Assembly: GCA_023381255.1 (NCBI GenBank)
Contig: JAMCTX010000021.1
Coordinates: 5,184 to 69,183 of the forward strand
Length of the DNA stretch: 64,000 nucleotides
DNA from: Nitrososphaerota archaeon
GTDB lineage: Archaea; Thermoproteota; Nitrososphaeria; Conexivisphaerales; UBA164
Direction: 5' to 3'
Shown here: positions 29,011 through 36,602 of the stretch, one piece after another
How the letters are laid out: each line of letters opens with the position of its first letter
Position numbering within the stretch: the stretch's first letter is position 1
Notes under the pieces: generated by a model
What the model saw: the letters and a program-made list of their open reading frames with translations, nothing else
Told to the model about the DNA's origin: nothing
Database searches by the model: none
Position numbers and translations under genes: made by a program

Positions 29011-29496
29011 ATGGCGGAAAAAGAAAAGAAGGCGTTTAGCTTTATAGTTCCAGGCGGAGAGGCAAATGCAGGTCCCCCCATTGGGCCGGCTCTTGGCCCT
29101 TTAGCGCTGAACGTCATGCAGGTTGTAAAGAAGATTAACGATTTGACAGGGGACTACAAAGGAATGAAGGTGCCGGTGTCAGTGGAGGTTTATTCGGACA
29201 AAACTTTCAACGTGATTGTCAAGTTGCCACCGACATCAGCACTGATATTGAAGGAGGCTGCGCTGCAGAAGGGTTCCGCAAAAGCTGGCACGGAATGGGC
29301 GGGCAACATTTCATTTGATGCGGTTGTCAAAGTTGCCAAAAGCAAATATGATTACACCAGTGCAAAAACACTTAAGGGAGCAGTTAAGATGATTGTGGGC
29401 ACCTGCGCATCACTTGGCATAAAGGTTGAAAATAAAGCGCCTAAGGAAATAGTTGCTGAAATCGATTCAGGAGCCTGGGACCAAAAAATTTCCTGA
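29011..29496 (+). CDS. rpl11: 50S ribosomal protein uL11
   Basis: 'GGEANAGPPIGPALGPLALNVMQV' and 'YKGMKVPVSVEV'. I prefer the ATG at 29011 over the track's TTG at 28996. Confidence 0.9.
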   Translation: MAEKEKKAFSFIVPGGEANAGPPIGPALGPLALNVMQVVKKINDLTGDYKGMKVPVSVEVYSDKTFNVIVKLPPTSALILKEAALQKGSAKAGTEWAGNISFDAVVKVAKSKYDYTSAKTLKGAVKMIVGTCASLGIKVENKAPKEIVAEIDSGAWDQKIS

Positions 29497-29537
29497 CAGT
29501 TAAGCTTAATAAAAGTTGTTTTTACATGTTATATGGA

Positions 29538-29613
29538 GCGGCAGTCGTCTAGCCTGGTCTAGGACGTCAGCCTGCCACGCTGGAAATCCCGGGTTCAAAT
29601 CCCGGCTGCCGCA
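29538..29613 (+). tRNA. tRNA-Gly (GCC)
   Basis: GCGGCAG...UCAGC-CUGCCAC-GCUGG...GGGUUCAAAUCCC...CUGCCGCA folds as a cloverleaf. No CCA is encoded. Confidence 0.9.
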
Positions 29614-29842
29614 TCCCCTATCGGGTTTAAATACCAGCCCTTTCCATATATATGCATACAGAAAAAGCATTATATTTTGCTTGAAAGCAAAGGTTTTCTT
29701 GTCACATAATCAATAAATCACATAACAATCCTGATCACTCGATAATGCGCCAAAACCGGATAAGTTAAGTTTACCCGTGATCGTAAACTAATGCCTATTT
29801 TTAGCTTCGATTTTTTCCTAAACAATTTCTCCGGAGTAAATC

Positions 29843-30289
29843 TCACTGTAATTCTTTGACGCGCTCCCAGTCCTCTGTGCCGCCATCTACCTGAACGAAT
29901 AGCACATTTGGAAGAGGCTCAGTGATGCCTTTCAGCTTTTCAAACTGTTTTGCATTGCGCTTTGCAAGCTTGGAAAGAAGAAGGGAAAACTCGTACTTTA
30001 CCTGGCCTCTTTTAACGCTTATCCTGAGCCTTTTGTCAACCCTGCTGTAATCAATCTTGCGGGCGTCAAAACCGTAGCCCCGGGATTTCGCCTCCTCCAG
30101 CACGTAATAGAGATAGGTGTTAATTCCTTTCAGCGGGTCATTCAGCGTTTTGAACCTCTGCAGCTGCGGGTGGTTCCTGTACCCTTTTGTCCTGCCCTCA
30201 AGGACCCTTTTTGCCAGCAGCGACTCCCTCCACAGCGCAATCAAGCCTATTGTGTCAAGATAGCTGAATTCTATTGACCATAGCCTCAT
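29843..30289 (-). CDS. pyrimidine-dimer DNA glycosylase (T4 DenV / Pyr_excise-like)
   Basis: 'MRLWSIEFSYLDTIGLIALWRESLLAKRVLEGRTKGYRNHPQLQRF' is the family's N-terminal signature. Start taken at the internal Met (30289). Confidence 0.75.
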   Translation of the reverse strand: MRLWSIEFSYLDTIGLIALWRESLLAKRVLEGRTKGYRNHPQLQRFKTLNDPLKGINTYLYYVLEEAKSRGYGFDARKIDYSRVDKRLRISVKRGQVKYEFSLLLSKLAKRNAKQFEKLKGITEPLPNVLFVQVDGGTEDWERVKELQ

Positions 30290-30359
30290 GATATAATTTA
30301 AGCTGAACGATTTTTTAAGCATATTCAAAAGAGCCCGTAATAGAATGCAACGCCTCCGC

Positions 30360-30389
30360 GTTTCAATCCCTTATAGGTAGGCTACAAAG
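30360..30389 (-). repeat. single CRISPR-like repeat unit (minus strand CTTTGTAGCCTACCTATAAGGGATTGAAAC)
   Basis: A 30-mer ending in ATTGAAAC, the 8-nt handle motif typical of archaeal type I/III repeats. I found only one copy, and there are no cas genes in the window. Confidence 0.35.
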
Positions 30390-30792
30390 AGCTATTATTT
30401 TGGCTCTATTTAAGGTTTTAAGCCCGAATTGGGCTCCTTTTTGGGCACCCTTCCGGTCGACCTCCAATCCCACCCCCTCCACGCGTGGATCGACCGGGCT
30501 CGTTTCATGCAAAAAATTGCCTGATTTTTTCTCCAAAAACCGCAAAAAAGGGGGGGATCGACCGGCTTTTGGCAGGTGTTTTTACATCTAAAGCTCTGAA
30601 AATCTAGGTATAGTAGTAAGACTATTGCATAGTATATTAATGACAACCTAGGTAGCAGGTAACACAGAAGGCTTGGTTAAGCACTGTATAAATATAATCA
30701 TAATAGGACATCATTGTAACCATAATTGACTTTAAAGAAGATAGATAATTCCCCTCTTTTAAGCCATTTTTATACCTAGACAATGAGGGAAA

Positions 30793-31002
30793 TTGAGAGA
30801 GAAACTCTGCCCGGCATGCGGGAAGCCAGCGGTCGGCGTTTACTGGAAAACGGTCTGGGGGTCAAACAGGATACCCAAAGATTACCCTTATGCGATGCAT
30901 TACGAGAATGGTCAAGTAAAATGGTGCTACCTTCGTGTGGGAATGCCGCACAGGTTACTTAAAAAAAGAAGAACTAGAAAAAAAATAATCGTGCTTGAAT
31001 AA
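30793..31002 (+). CDS. small CPxCG zinc-finger protein with basic tail
   Basis: 69 aa, TTG start. 'CPACGKP...' plus a distal 'WCY' / His, and a 'KKRRTRKK' tail. Coding status is uncertain. Confidence 0.35.
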   Translation: MREKLCPACGKPAVGVYWKTVWGSNRIPKDYPYAMHYENGQVKWCYLRVGMPHRLLKKRRTRKKIIVLE

Positions 31003-31283
31003 AAAAATTTTTCAGCATTGTATCCCGCTTTTCTTGGGTCAACCTTAACGATGTTCAGCTTTTCATCCCCTATCAGAGCGCTTATGTCTTCCCTCACTTC
31101 TTCCTCTCTTTAGTTTGGTCCAATAATGTAATTTACCTCATATTCCTGCCTGATAAGGTTGGCAACAAAAAGTTCAACTACAAGCCTGGTTCTGATGTCT
31201 GATACACTCATTTCAAATTCGTTAAAAATATTGGGTCCTATTGCAGATTCCGCATTTAATTCTGTTGATGGCGCAAGCTTCAT

Positions 31284-32545
31284 TGTGCCCAGCTTTCCCA
31301 GCTTGGGACGATTTAGCAGGTGTAAAGGCTCCAGTATTGATTACTATGACATGGGAGAATTAAAGAGGAAGAAGGACAATGTACGCAGCATGACATCAAA
31401 GGAAGTTTATTTCGGGGTAGATGTTCACGAAAGGGAATCACAGGTCGCTGTGCTTGGTAGGGATGGAACGACGGTTATGGAGAGGAGGCTGCCAACCGGG
31501 GATCTGTCTGAGTTCATATCCAAGTTTCCTGCGGATGAAAAGCACGTTGCAATTGAATCTGTGGGCTTTATAAGGCCAATATATCAGGAACTTGCAAAGA
31601 TACAATCCTGCCATGTTTCCGTTGCTAATCCAACAAAGGTCAAGTTGATTGGTGAAAGCAAGACAAAAAATGACAGGAGCGATTCGTTTATACTTGGTGA
31701 TTTGCTTAGGACAAATTATTTGCCGGTATCATATATTGCGGATGACAAAACAATGGAAAGGAGGTACCTGATCAGGGACAGAGTAAGCTATGGGTTAAGA
31801 AGGGCTCAGCTCAAGACATCAATAAGGTGGATGCTTAAGAGGAGAGGGATAAAGGTAAAGGGGCCTTTCTCTGATAAGGGCAGGGAGGAGTTAAAGAAGC
31901 TTCATTTTAGAGAGATAGATATCAGGTTGAGGGACCTTGAACTCACTGAATCGATAATTAGGGAACTTGATGCTGACATTGCACTTGAAGTTGCCACGGA
32001 CAGAAACGCCCAATTGCTCGATACAATTCCAGGGATAGCAGCGTATACTGCTTTGTTCCTCTCCTCGGAGCTTGGAGATGTAAACAGGTTTCCTGACTCC
32101 AAGCACGCAGCTGCATATATTGGCCTTGTCCCATCATTGCATCAGTCAGGCGACACTGAATATACAGGGCACATCACTCTAACAGGAAACAGGTGGCTCA
32201 GGAGGAACCTTATTGAGTGCGCAAGGACAGCCATAAGGGTTGACCCCCACCTGAGGAAAAGCTACCTAAAACTCAAGCACAAGAGGGGGGAAAGGAAGGC
32301 TATAATTGCAATAGCCAGGAGGCTTGTCCTTTATGCATATTGGATGCTGAAAAGGAATTTAACCTATGAAGAGCTTAAGCCCTGGGAACGTGAGTGGGGA
32401 AATCCCCGTCCCTTGAATAGGGAAAGTTCTTCTTAGGGGTGAAAAGGAAAATGGGGCAATCCCCGAATAGATGGATGCCAGCCTTTTCAGGACGGTGATG
32501 AAAATAAGGATTGAAAAAGGATAAAAATGTCATAGATGACATGTT
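31284..32545 (+). mobile_element. IS110-family insertion sequence (boundaries approximate)
   Basis: Defined by the DEDD/Transposase_20 gene at 31390-32436. The family has no inverted repeats or target duplication, so the ends cannot be read off. The right end is placed where KaiC-like similarity stops. The left end could be as far left as about 31150. Confidence 0.5.
31390..32436 (+). CDS. IS110-family (DEDD) transposase/recombinase
   Basis: 'YFGVDVHERESQVAVL', 'VAIESVG', 'KTKNDRSDSFILGDL', and C-terminal 'IPGIAAYTALFLSSELGDVNRFPDSKHAAAYIGLVPSLHQSGD'. The track ORF's 77-aa N-terminal extension is probably not translated. Confidence 0.85.
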   Translation: MTSKEVYFGVDVHERESQVAVLGRDGTTVMERRLPTGDLSEFISKFPADEKHVAIESVGFIRPIYQELAKIQSCHVSVANPTKVKLIGESKTKNDRSDSFILGDLLRTNYLPVSYIADDKTMERRYLIRDRVSYGLRRAQLKTSIRWMLKRRGIKVKGPFSDKGREELKKLHFREIDIRLRDLELTESIIRELDADIALEVATDRNAQLLDTIPGIAAYTALFLSSELGDVNRFPDSKHAAAYIGLVPSLHQSGDTEYTGHITLTGNRWLRRNLIECARTAIRVDPHLRKSYLKLKHKRGERKAIIAIARRLVLYAYWMLKRNLTYEELKPWEREWGNPRPLNRESSS

Positions 32546-33111
32546 GGTTGTCGTCATGTAATGCAGCGGATGTTCTATTTCATAGTCCCTGTCCTTTAGC
32601 ACCCTGGCAGTTCTCACATCCTGCCCCAGCATGTTTACGAACTTGATTTCAACTATAGCATCGCACACGAACCTGACCTGCCTTGAAACATCGTTAAGCC
32701 CCTCCGATATCAGTATCAGCGAGCCGTTTTTTGCCTTGACCGAGCCGTAAATCACCTGCAGGAATGCCCTGACCTCTTCCTTTATCCCGTAGAACATCGC
32801 ATCAAGCGAATCAACAACGACAAGCTCCTCCCTGCCCCTGCTTCTTCAATCAGCGAAAAGACACTGTCCGGCTTTCCGCTAAGCATGCTCACAACCTTAA
32901 ATGGCCCTTTGAACCTCGGTTCCACAACCTTAAGCTTTCTTGTTATCGAAACTTCTGGGTCGGCATACGAGATGTACGTTGCGTTCCCGTGCCTTGCGCA
33001 CGCTTTCAGCGCAAGAGTTGTCTTCCCCGAACCCGGCTCTCCTTCTATAATTGAAACGTAACCGGGAGTGTTAAGGATGTCAAGAAGATCGCGGTGTTCA
33101 TTAATGCAATT
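32540..33111 (-). pseudogene. KaiC/RecA-superfamily ATPase, decayed
   Basis: Hand translation gives 'INEHRDLLDILNTPGYVSIIEGEPGSGKTTLALKA...' (Walker A). There is no start codon after the upstream TAA. The frame shifts near 32830-32845 into 'REELVVVDSLDAMFYGIK...' (Walker B-like). The 3' end abuts the IS110 element. Confidence 0.6.
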
Positions 33112-33177
33112 TTACTGCCAATCCAAAATATATAAGCGTTGATTGCCGCCTTATAAGGCATTTTTTTACAAGCTTGC

Positions 33178-33564
33178 ATGTCAATAATACAGGAAAGGCA
33201 GCAGCTTGCAAGGCCTGTGGCAAAGAGGATGTACCAATTGGGCATTCCTTCTCACATTATCGTTGAGGCTTTTCACACCGTTGGTGTTGGCATGAGCACA
33301 AAGACGGTCATAAACATGGTCGGCTATTCCACCGAAGGCCACGGCGTTAGGGGGTTTGACGTATTCAGGCAGAAGCAGACGTACAGCTGGACAAAGAATA
33401 AGCAGGGACCGCACAAAAAGTGGCAGCTGATAGGAAAAATAACTGGCAGAGTTCTTGCTATCGTGCAGGCGTTTGACTCATGGTTCGCCTACTACAGGAT
33501 ACACAGACAGGAAGGAGCAACGTTCGACCTTGACGCAATCCTGAGAGGAGAGAAGCCTCCCTAG
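33178..33564 (+). CDS. hypothetical protein (128 aa)
   Basis: ATG-initiated ORF divergent from the KaiC-like remnant, followed by T7 runs. Possible HTH near the N-terminus ('VAKRMYQLGIPSHIIVEAF'). No family recognised. Confidence 0.45.
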   Translation: MSIIQERQQLARPVAKRMYQLGIPSHIIVEAFHTVGVGMSTKTVINMVGYSTEGHGVRGFDVFRQKQTYSWTKNKQGPHKKWQLIGKITGRVLAIVQAFDSWFAYYRIHRQEGATFDLDAILRGEKPP

Positions 33565-33581
33565 CGGGTTATGAAAGCCGC

Positions 33582-33611
33582 TTTTTTTCACTTTTTCTTT
33601 TTTTCACTTTT
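33582..33611 (+). terminator. two tandem T7-CAC-T4/5 tracts downstream of 33178-33564
   Basis: TTTTTTTCACTTTT occurs at 33582-33595 and 33598-33611. Oligo-T tracts are the archaeal termination signal. Confidence 0.45.
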
Positions 33612-33764
33612 CCTGAACTCCTTCCTATTTTACGGAATGGAATGGATTTATGAAATTATGTATATAAAATAATAAAACTATGAAAAAAAGCGAAAACATC
33701 AGGAAAAAAGTTCTCCGGTTTTGCCCTGTTATTTTTCCGCTGCAACCTGCGCAGCATGATCTGC

Positions 33765-33932
33765 TTATAGAGCGCTGGCTTTTTGGCTTTCAGAAAACTT
33801 GTTGCAGGCTCCGCAGGCCTCCGTTTTGCATTCCTGGATAAAGATGCTGGTCAATGAAGCATATCTAAACTTGCGCTTTACATTTTGAAAATCAAACCAA
33901 ATTTTGTTTATGGAAAATCCGCGTTCATTCAT
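33765..33932 (-). CDS. unannotated small ORF (55 aa) downstream of the iterons
   Basis: Hand translation gives MNERGFSINKIWFDFQNVKRKFRYASLTSIFIQECKTEACGACNKFSESQKASAL*. It is below the track cut-off. Its ATG lies 21 nt from iteron copy 1. Confidence 0.3.
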   Translation of the reverse strand: MNERGFSINKIWFDFQNVKRKFRYASLTSIFIQECKTEACGACNKFSESQKASAL

Positions 33933-33952
33933 GGGAAAAATGGAGCATGCCG

Positions 33953-34064
33953 TTTTTTTGTTTCATGCTGACAGGGATATGTCCAAAATTCCGGCGGCAG
34001 ACTTTTGGACTTGGCGTTTTTTGTTTCATGTTAAAGGCTCCATGTTCCATTTTTTTGTTTCATG
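33953..34064. repeat. three direct iterons T6-7GTTTCATG
   Basis: Copies lie at 33953-33967, 34017-34030 and 34050-34064 in the same orientation. They are bracketed by the inverted pair ATGGAGC (33940-33946) / GCTCCAT (34037-34043). Confidence 0.7.
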
Positions 34065-34413
34065 ATCGGGCATGCGCAATAGGGCAGGTTCTGAAAATTT
34101 ATATGCGATATTAAGGGCATTTGGATGGTTGACCGACAGGTTTGCCAAAAACTTGTCAATTGGTTGACAACAACAGCAACGGTGATGGCCTTTTATTCGT
34201 TAAATTGACTCTGTTTTATGAAAGGCTGAAAGCTGTTCATGCTCTTTGTGGATCCGCTTCTGAAAAACCGTTGACGAAATTCCGGACCCGGCACTGCAAG
34301 AGGCTGTCAGAAAATCTGTCTAGGTATAGCCCAGCAGCTGGTGATGTATTGGCATAATCCTGAACCGCCTTAAATTTTATCTGGCATCCCCGGTTGAGCA
34401 TTTTGCTTGTGGT

Positions 34414-34695
34414 TCATTGCCCGGGGCGGTGCTTTATTGCCTTCCTGTTGTTTAATTTGAGCATTTCCTGAACTATGTCGTTAAAGACGTATTCCTGGTC
34501 AATGCCGTACTTTTTTGCAAGATTTCCCGATTTTGTCCATACCTTGACAAATAGCTCAAAAAATTTATCGAAATCAATATCCTCCCCTTTTATTTCGCCG
34601 GCTGCCTCTTTGTTTTCGCCTGCATATTTAATAATTTCCTCATGGTATTTTTCATCCGTGGTAAATTTCTTTTTTGGACTCTTTGAAGAAGCCAA
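34414..34695 (-). CDS. hypothetical charged protein (93 aa)
   Basis: ATG-initiated ORF. Lys/Glu-rich, with no recognisable motif. Confidence 0.4.
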   Translation of the reverse strand: MASSKSPKKKFTTDEKYHEEIIKYAGENKEAAGEIKGEDIDFDKFFELFVKVWTKSGNLAKKYGIDQEYVFNDIVQEMLKLNNRKAIKHRPGQ

Positions 34696-34940
34696 ATTTT
34701 GACGCCTTAACTTTTATCGCAGCTATTGTATTTAAACTTGCGCCATAAAAGGGCCGCAAAATATCGCGGACGATGCCGGGAGCATTAAAATGCGGGCAGG
34801 CATTATCCAGATTTCACTATACCTAGACGCCGGAAACTTATCAGGCCTTTGCCGGCAGCAAATCAATCACCTCAGGCATTATGCCAATAGCCATAACTGC
34901 GCGTGTCAACATTATAAACCGGTCATTGCGTAATCGTGAT

Positions 34941-35333
34941 ATGGATGACAAAGACACTATGGTGGAGCATCTAAAGGACCTTGTGAGAAAGTTCTGCGAG
35001 GACAGGGACTGGGACCAGTTCCACAACCCCAAGGACCTTGCGATAGGGATATCCACGGAGGCAAACGAGCTGCTTGAACTTTTCAGGTTCAAGTCAGAGG
35101 AGGAGATGAGGGCAATGATGAGGGAGGAAAGGAAGGAAATAGGGGAAGAACTTGCTGATGTTCTGTACTTTGTGCTCAGGTTTGCCCAGAAGAACAGCTT
35201 CGACCTGACGCAGGAGCTTATAAACAAGCTAAAGATTAACGAAAGGAAGTACCCGGTTGAAAGGTCCAGGGGTTCAAACAAAAAGTACAGGCCTTGGACC
35301 AAAAATGCTTACTGCGTATCTTGCGGGCATTGA
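34941..35333 (+). CDS. MazG-like nucleoside-triphosphate pyrophosphohydrolase (dCTPase/YpjD type)
   Basis: 'FCEDRDWDQFHNPKDLAIGISTEANELLELF' and 'EIGEELADVLYFVLRFA' are the EExxE/D metal-binding helices. Start taken at the internal ATG (34941). Confidence 0.8.
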   Translation: MDDKDTMVEHLKDLVRKFCEDRDWDQFHNPKDLAIGISTEANELLELFRFKSEEEMRAMMREERKEIGEELADVLYFVLRFAQKNSFDLTQELINKLKINERKYPVERSRGSNKKYRPWTKNAYCVSCGH

Positions 35334-35370
35334 AACGCGGTCATGCAGATGGGGCGTGTTTTGCAAATCA

Positions 35371-35396
35371 GCACACTCGCGGCATGTGCTTTTTTT
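35371..35396 (+). terminator. hairpin GCACA-N9-TGTGC followed by T7
   Basis: It lies about 38 nt after the MazG-like stop codon. The T-run is at 35390-35396. Confidence 0.4.
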
Positions 35397-35435
35397 CCGC
35401 ATCAGCCATTGCGGCCGCCATCAATTGTCCTCTCC

Positions 35436-35657
35436 CTACGATTTTCCGCTCCTTAAAGCGTTCCTAAGATTAACGAAATAAAAGTAAAACCACACTCCTG
35501 CGAATATCAGGAACCAAAAACCCAGGAATGCAACAGCAAAGCTGTGCCAGTATGGATGATACTTAATTTCAGCAGAAGCCAGATAGAACGAAATGGGAAG
35601 CGATATAATTGCGCCCGGCACCACCTCCAAAATTATTTTTGTCCTCCTTTTAGCCAT
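35436..35657 (-). CDS. small membrane protein (73 aa, 2 TM)
   Basis: Basic N-terminus 'MAKRRTK' and two hydrophobic spans rich in aromatic residues. Confidence 0.4.
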   Translation of the reverse strand: MAKRRTKIILEVVPGAIISLPISFYLASAEIKYHPYWHSFAVAFLGFWFLIFAGVWFYFYFVNLRNALRSGKS

Positions 35658-35730
35658 ATTTTTACCGTCCCATCAATTACCATATATATTTTGCGTAATT
35701 CGCATTTGAAGTTGTGTTTCAATAAATGCC

Positions 35731-35985
35731 TTAGCCGGACCATAATAGCACTGAAACTCGCTGGCGCAAATTATTATCGCGGAACGGCAGGCAAATACTT
35801 CCGGTTCGGCTGCACAAGTTGCATGCCGCGGGTTGAGACAAGGAAAAGGTTTTGCCGCCCTTCACGTATTCCACAAGATAAACAAGCTGAAAGGTTACCC
35901 CGCAGAAAGCGGTGTTCTTGAGGTGAATTTTGAAATAGAATGACGGGAAAAATTGTTTTTGCGCCAGAAAAAGTTCCAGCATCAT
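35731..35985 (-). CDS. possible third cistron (84 aa) of the pilin-like operon
   Basis: Its ATG overlaps the TGA of 35982-36602 (ATGA), the same coupling seen between the two upstream genes. Contains 'CNLCSRTGSIC'. No homology recognised. Confidence 0.3.
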   Translation of the reverse strand: MMLELFLAQKQFFPSFYFKIHLKNTAFCGVTFQLVYLVEYVKGGKTFSLSQPAACNLCSRTGSICLPFRDNNLRQRVSVLLWSG

Positions 35986-36602
35986 GGATTGCTGTTCACT
36001 GGAACCGCTGTTATGGTCGTGGGCCCGTCGATAACCCATATTGTCAGCGTTCTGCCGGCATGAGCATAGGTGCCGTTGACAAACCACTTTACGGGAACGC
36101 TTGAGGTTGTTTCCCAGGGACCGCTACCGGCATGGACCCACTCAAGCTGGGGCGGAAAGCTAACTGTCGTATTTATCGCGACCTTTGAAACCGGCACAAG
36201 GTTTGTGGACGAAGAGTTTGCCATGAAAAGCGCGCCAAGGCAGGTGAGGATGCCAGAATCCGGGTCGTCTGTGTACAGGTAAACCGTGGAGCCGTACTGC
36301 AGGCACTCGTTTTCGGGCCGGAATGAAAGAGAACCGCTGCTTTCCGTTACGAGGTCTTTCAGGCACGTCGGGCTTCCGTAGTTCGTTACTGCTATGCCGG
36401 GGCTTCCGCCTGGAGGCAAGGCCTGCAAATAGTAAACAGTCAAGTTCTGCTTGCTGAATCCGCTTTCGATTTCCATGATTGAGTTGTAGCTTTCCTTTTC
36501 CGTGAAATACGTGCCAACGGTGAACATGGTTGCCGTTGAGGCCAGGAAGATTACAGAAACAAGAAATACGGCTCCAAAAACGTCGGCAACTGCCCTCCTC
36601 AT
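35982..36602 (-). CDS. archaeal type IV pilin-like protein (class III signal peptide)
   Basis: N-terminus 'MRRAVADVFGAVFLVSVIFLAS' has a basic n-region, A|V, and a roughly 20-aa hydrophobic helix. The remainder is a beta-rich Ser/Thr domain with N-x-S/T sequons (NLT, NSS, NTT, NGT). Confidence 0.6.
   Translation of the reverse strand: MRRAVADVFGAVFLVSVIFLASTATMFTVGTYFTEKESYNSIMEIESGFSKQNLTVYYLQALPPGGSPGIAVTNYGSPTCLKDLVTESSGSLSFRPENECLQYGSTVYLYTDDPDSGILTCLGALFMANSSSTNLVPVSKVAINTTVSFPPQLEWVHAGSGPWETTSSVPVKWFVNGTYAHAGRTLTIWVIDGPTTITAVPVNSNP

Noticed and set aside
30478-30500. CGACCGGGCT matches the reverse complement of the 5' end of tRNA-Gln (AGCCCGGUCG). I considered it as a possible att remnant.
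   Set aside because: The identity is only about 10 nt, in the wrong orientation and position relative to tRNA-Gly. No second copy bounds the island.
30360-30660. A possible degenerate CRISPR array. TAGGTAG-like motifs recur at about 30375, 30605 and 30649, and CAATCCC recurs at 30466.
   Set aside because: The spacing is irregular (about 97, 230 and 44 nt) and similarity is limited to 7-mers. Only one full repeat exists, so this is not an array.
31159-31389. A 77-aa N-terminal extension of the IS110 transposase ORF in the track.
   Set aside because: IS110 recombinases begin a few residues before the (V/I)G(I/V)DV motif. The extension is antisense to another open frame and lacks similarity. 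The ATG at 31390 was chosen.
33045-33414. Track ORFs 33045-33245 (-) and 33181-33414 (-).
   Set aside because: They overlap the KaiC-like remnant and the 128-aa plus-strand ORF in other frames, and have no features of their own.
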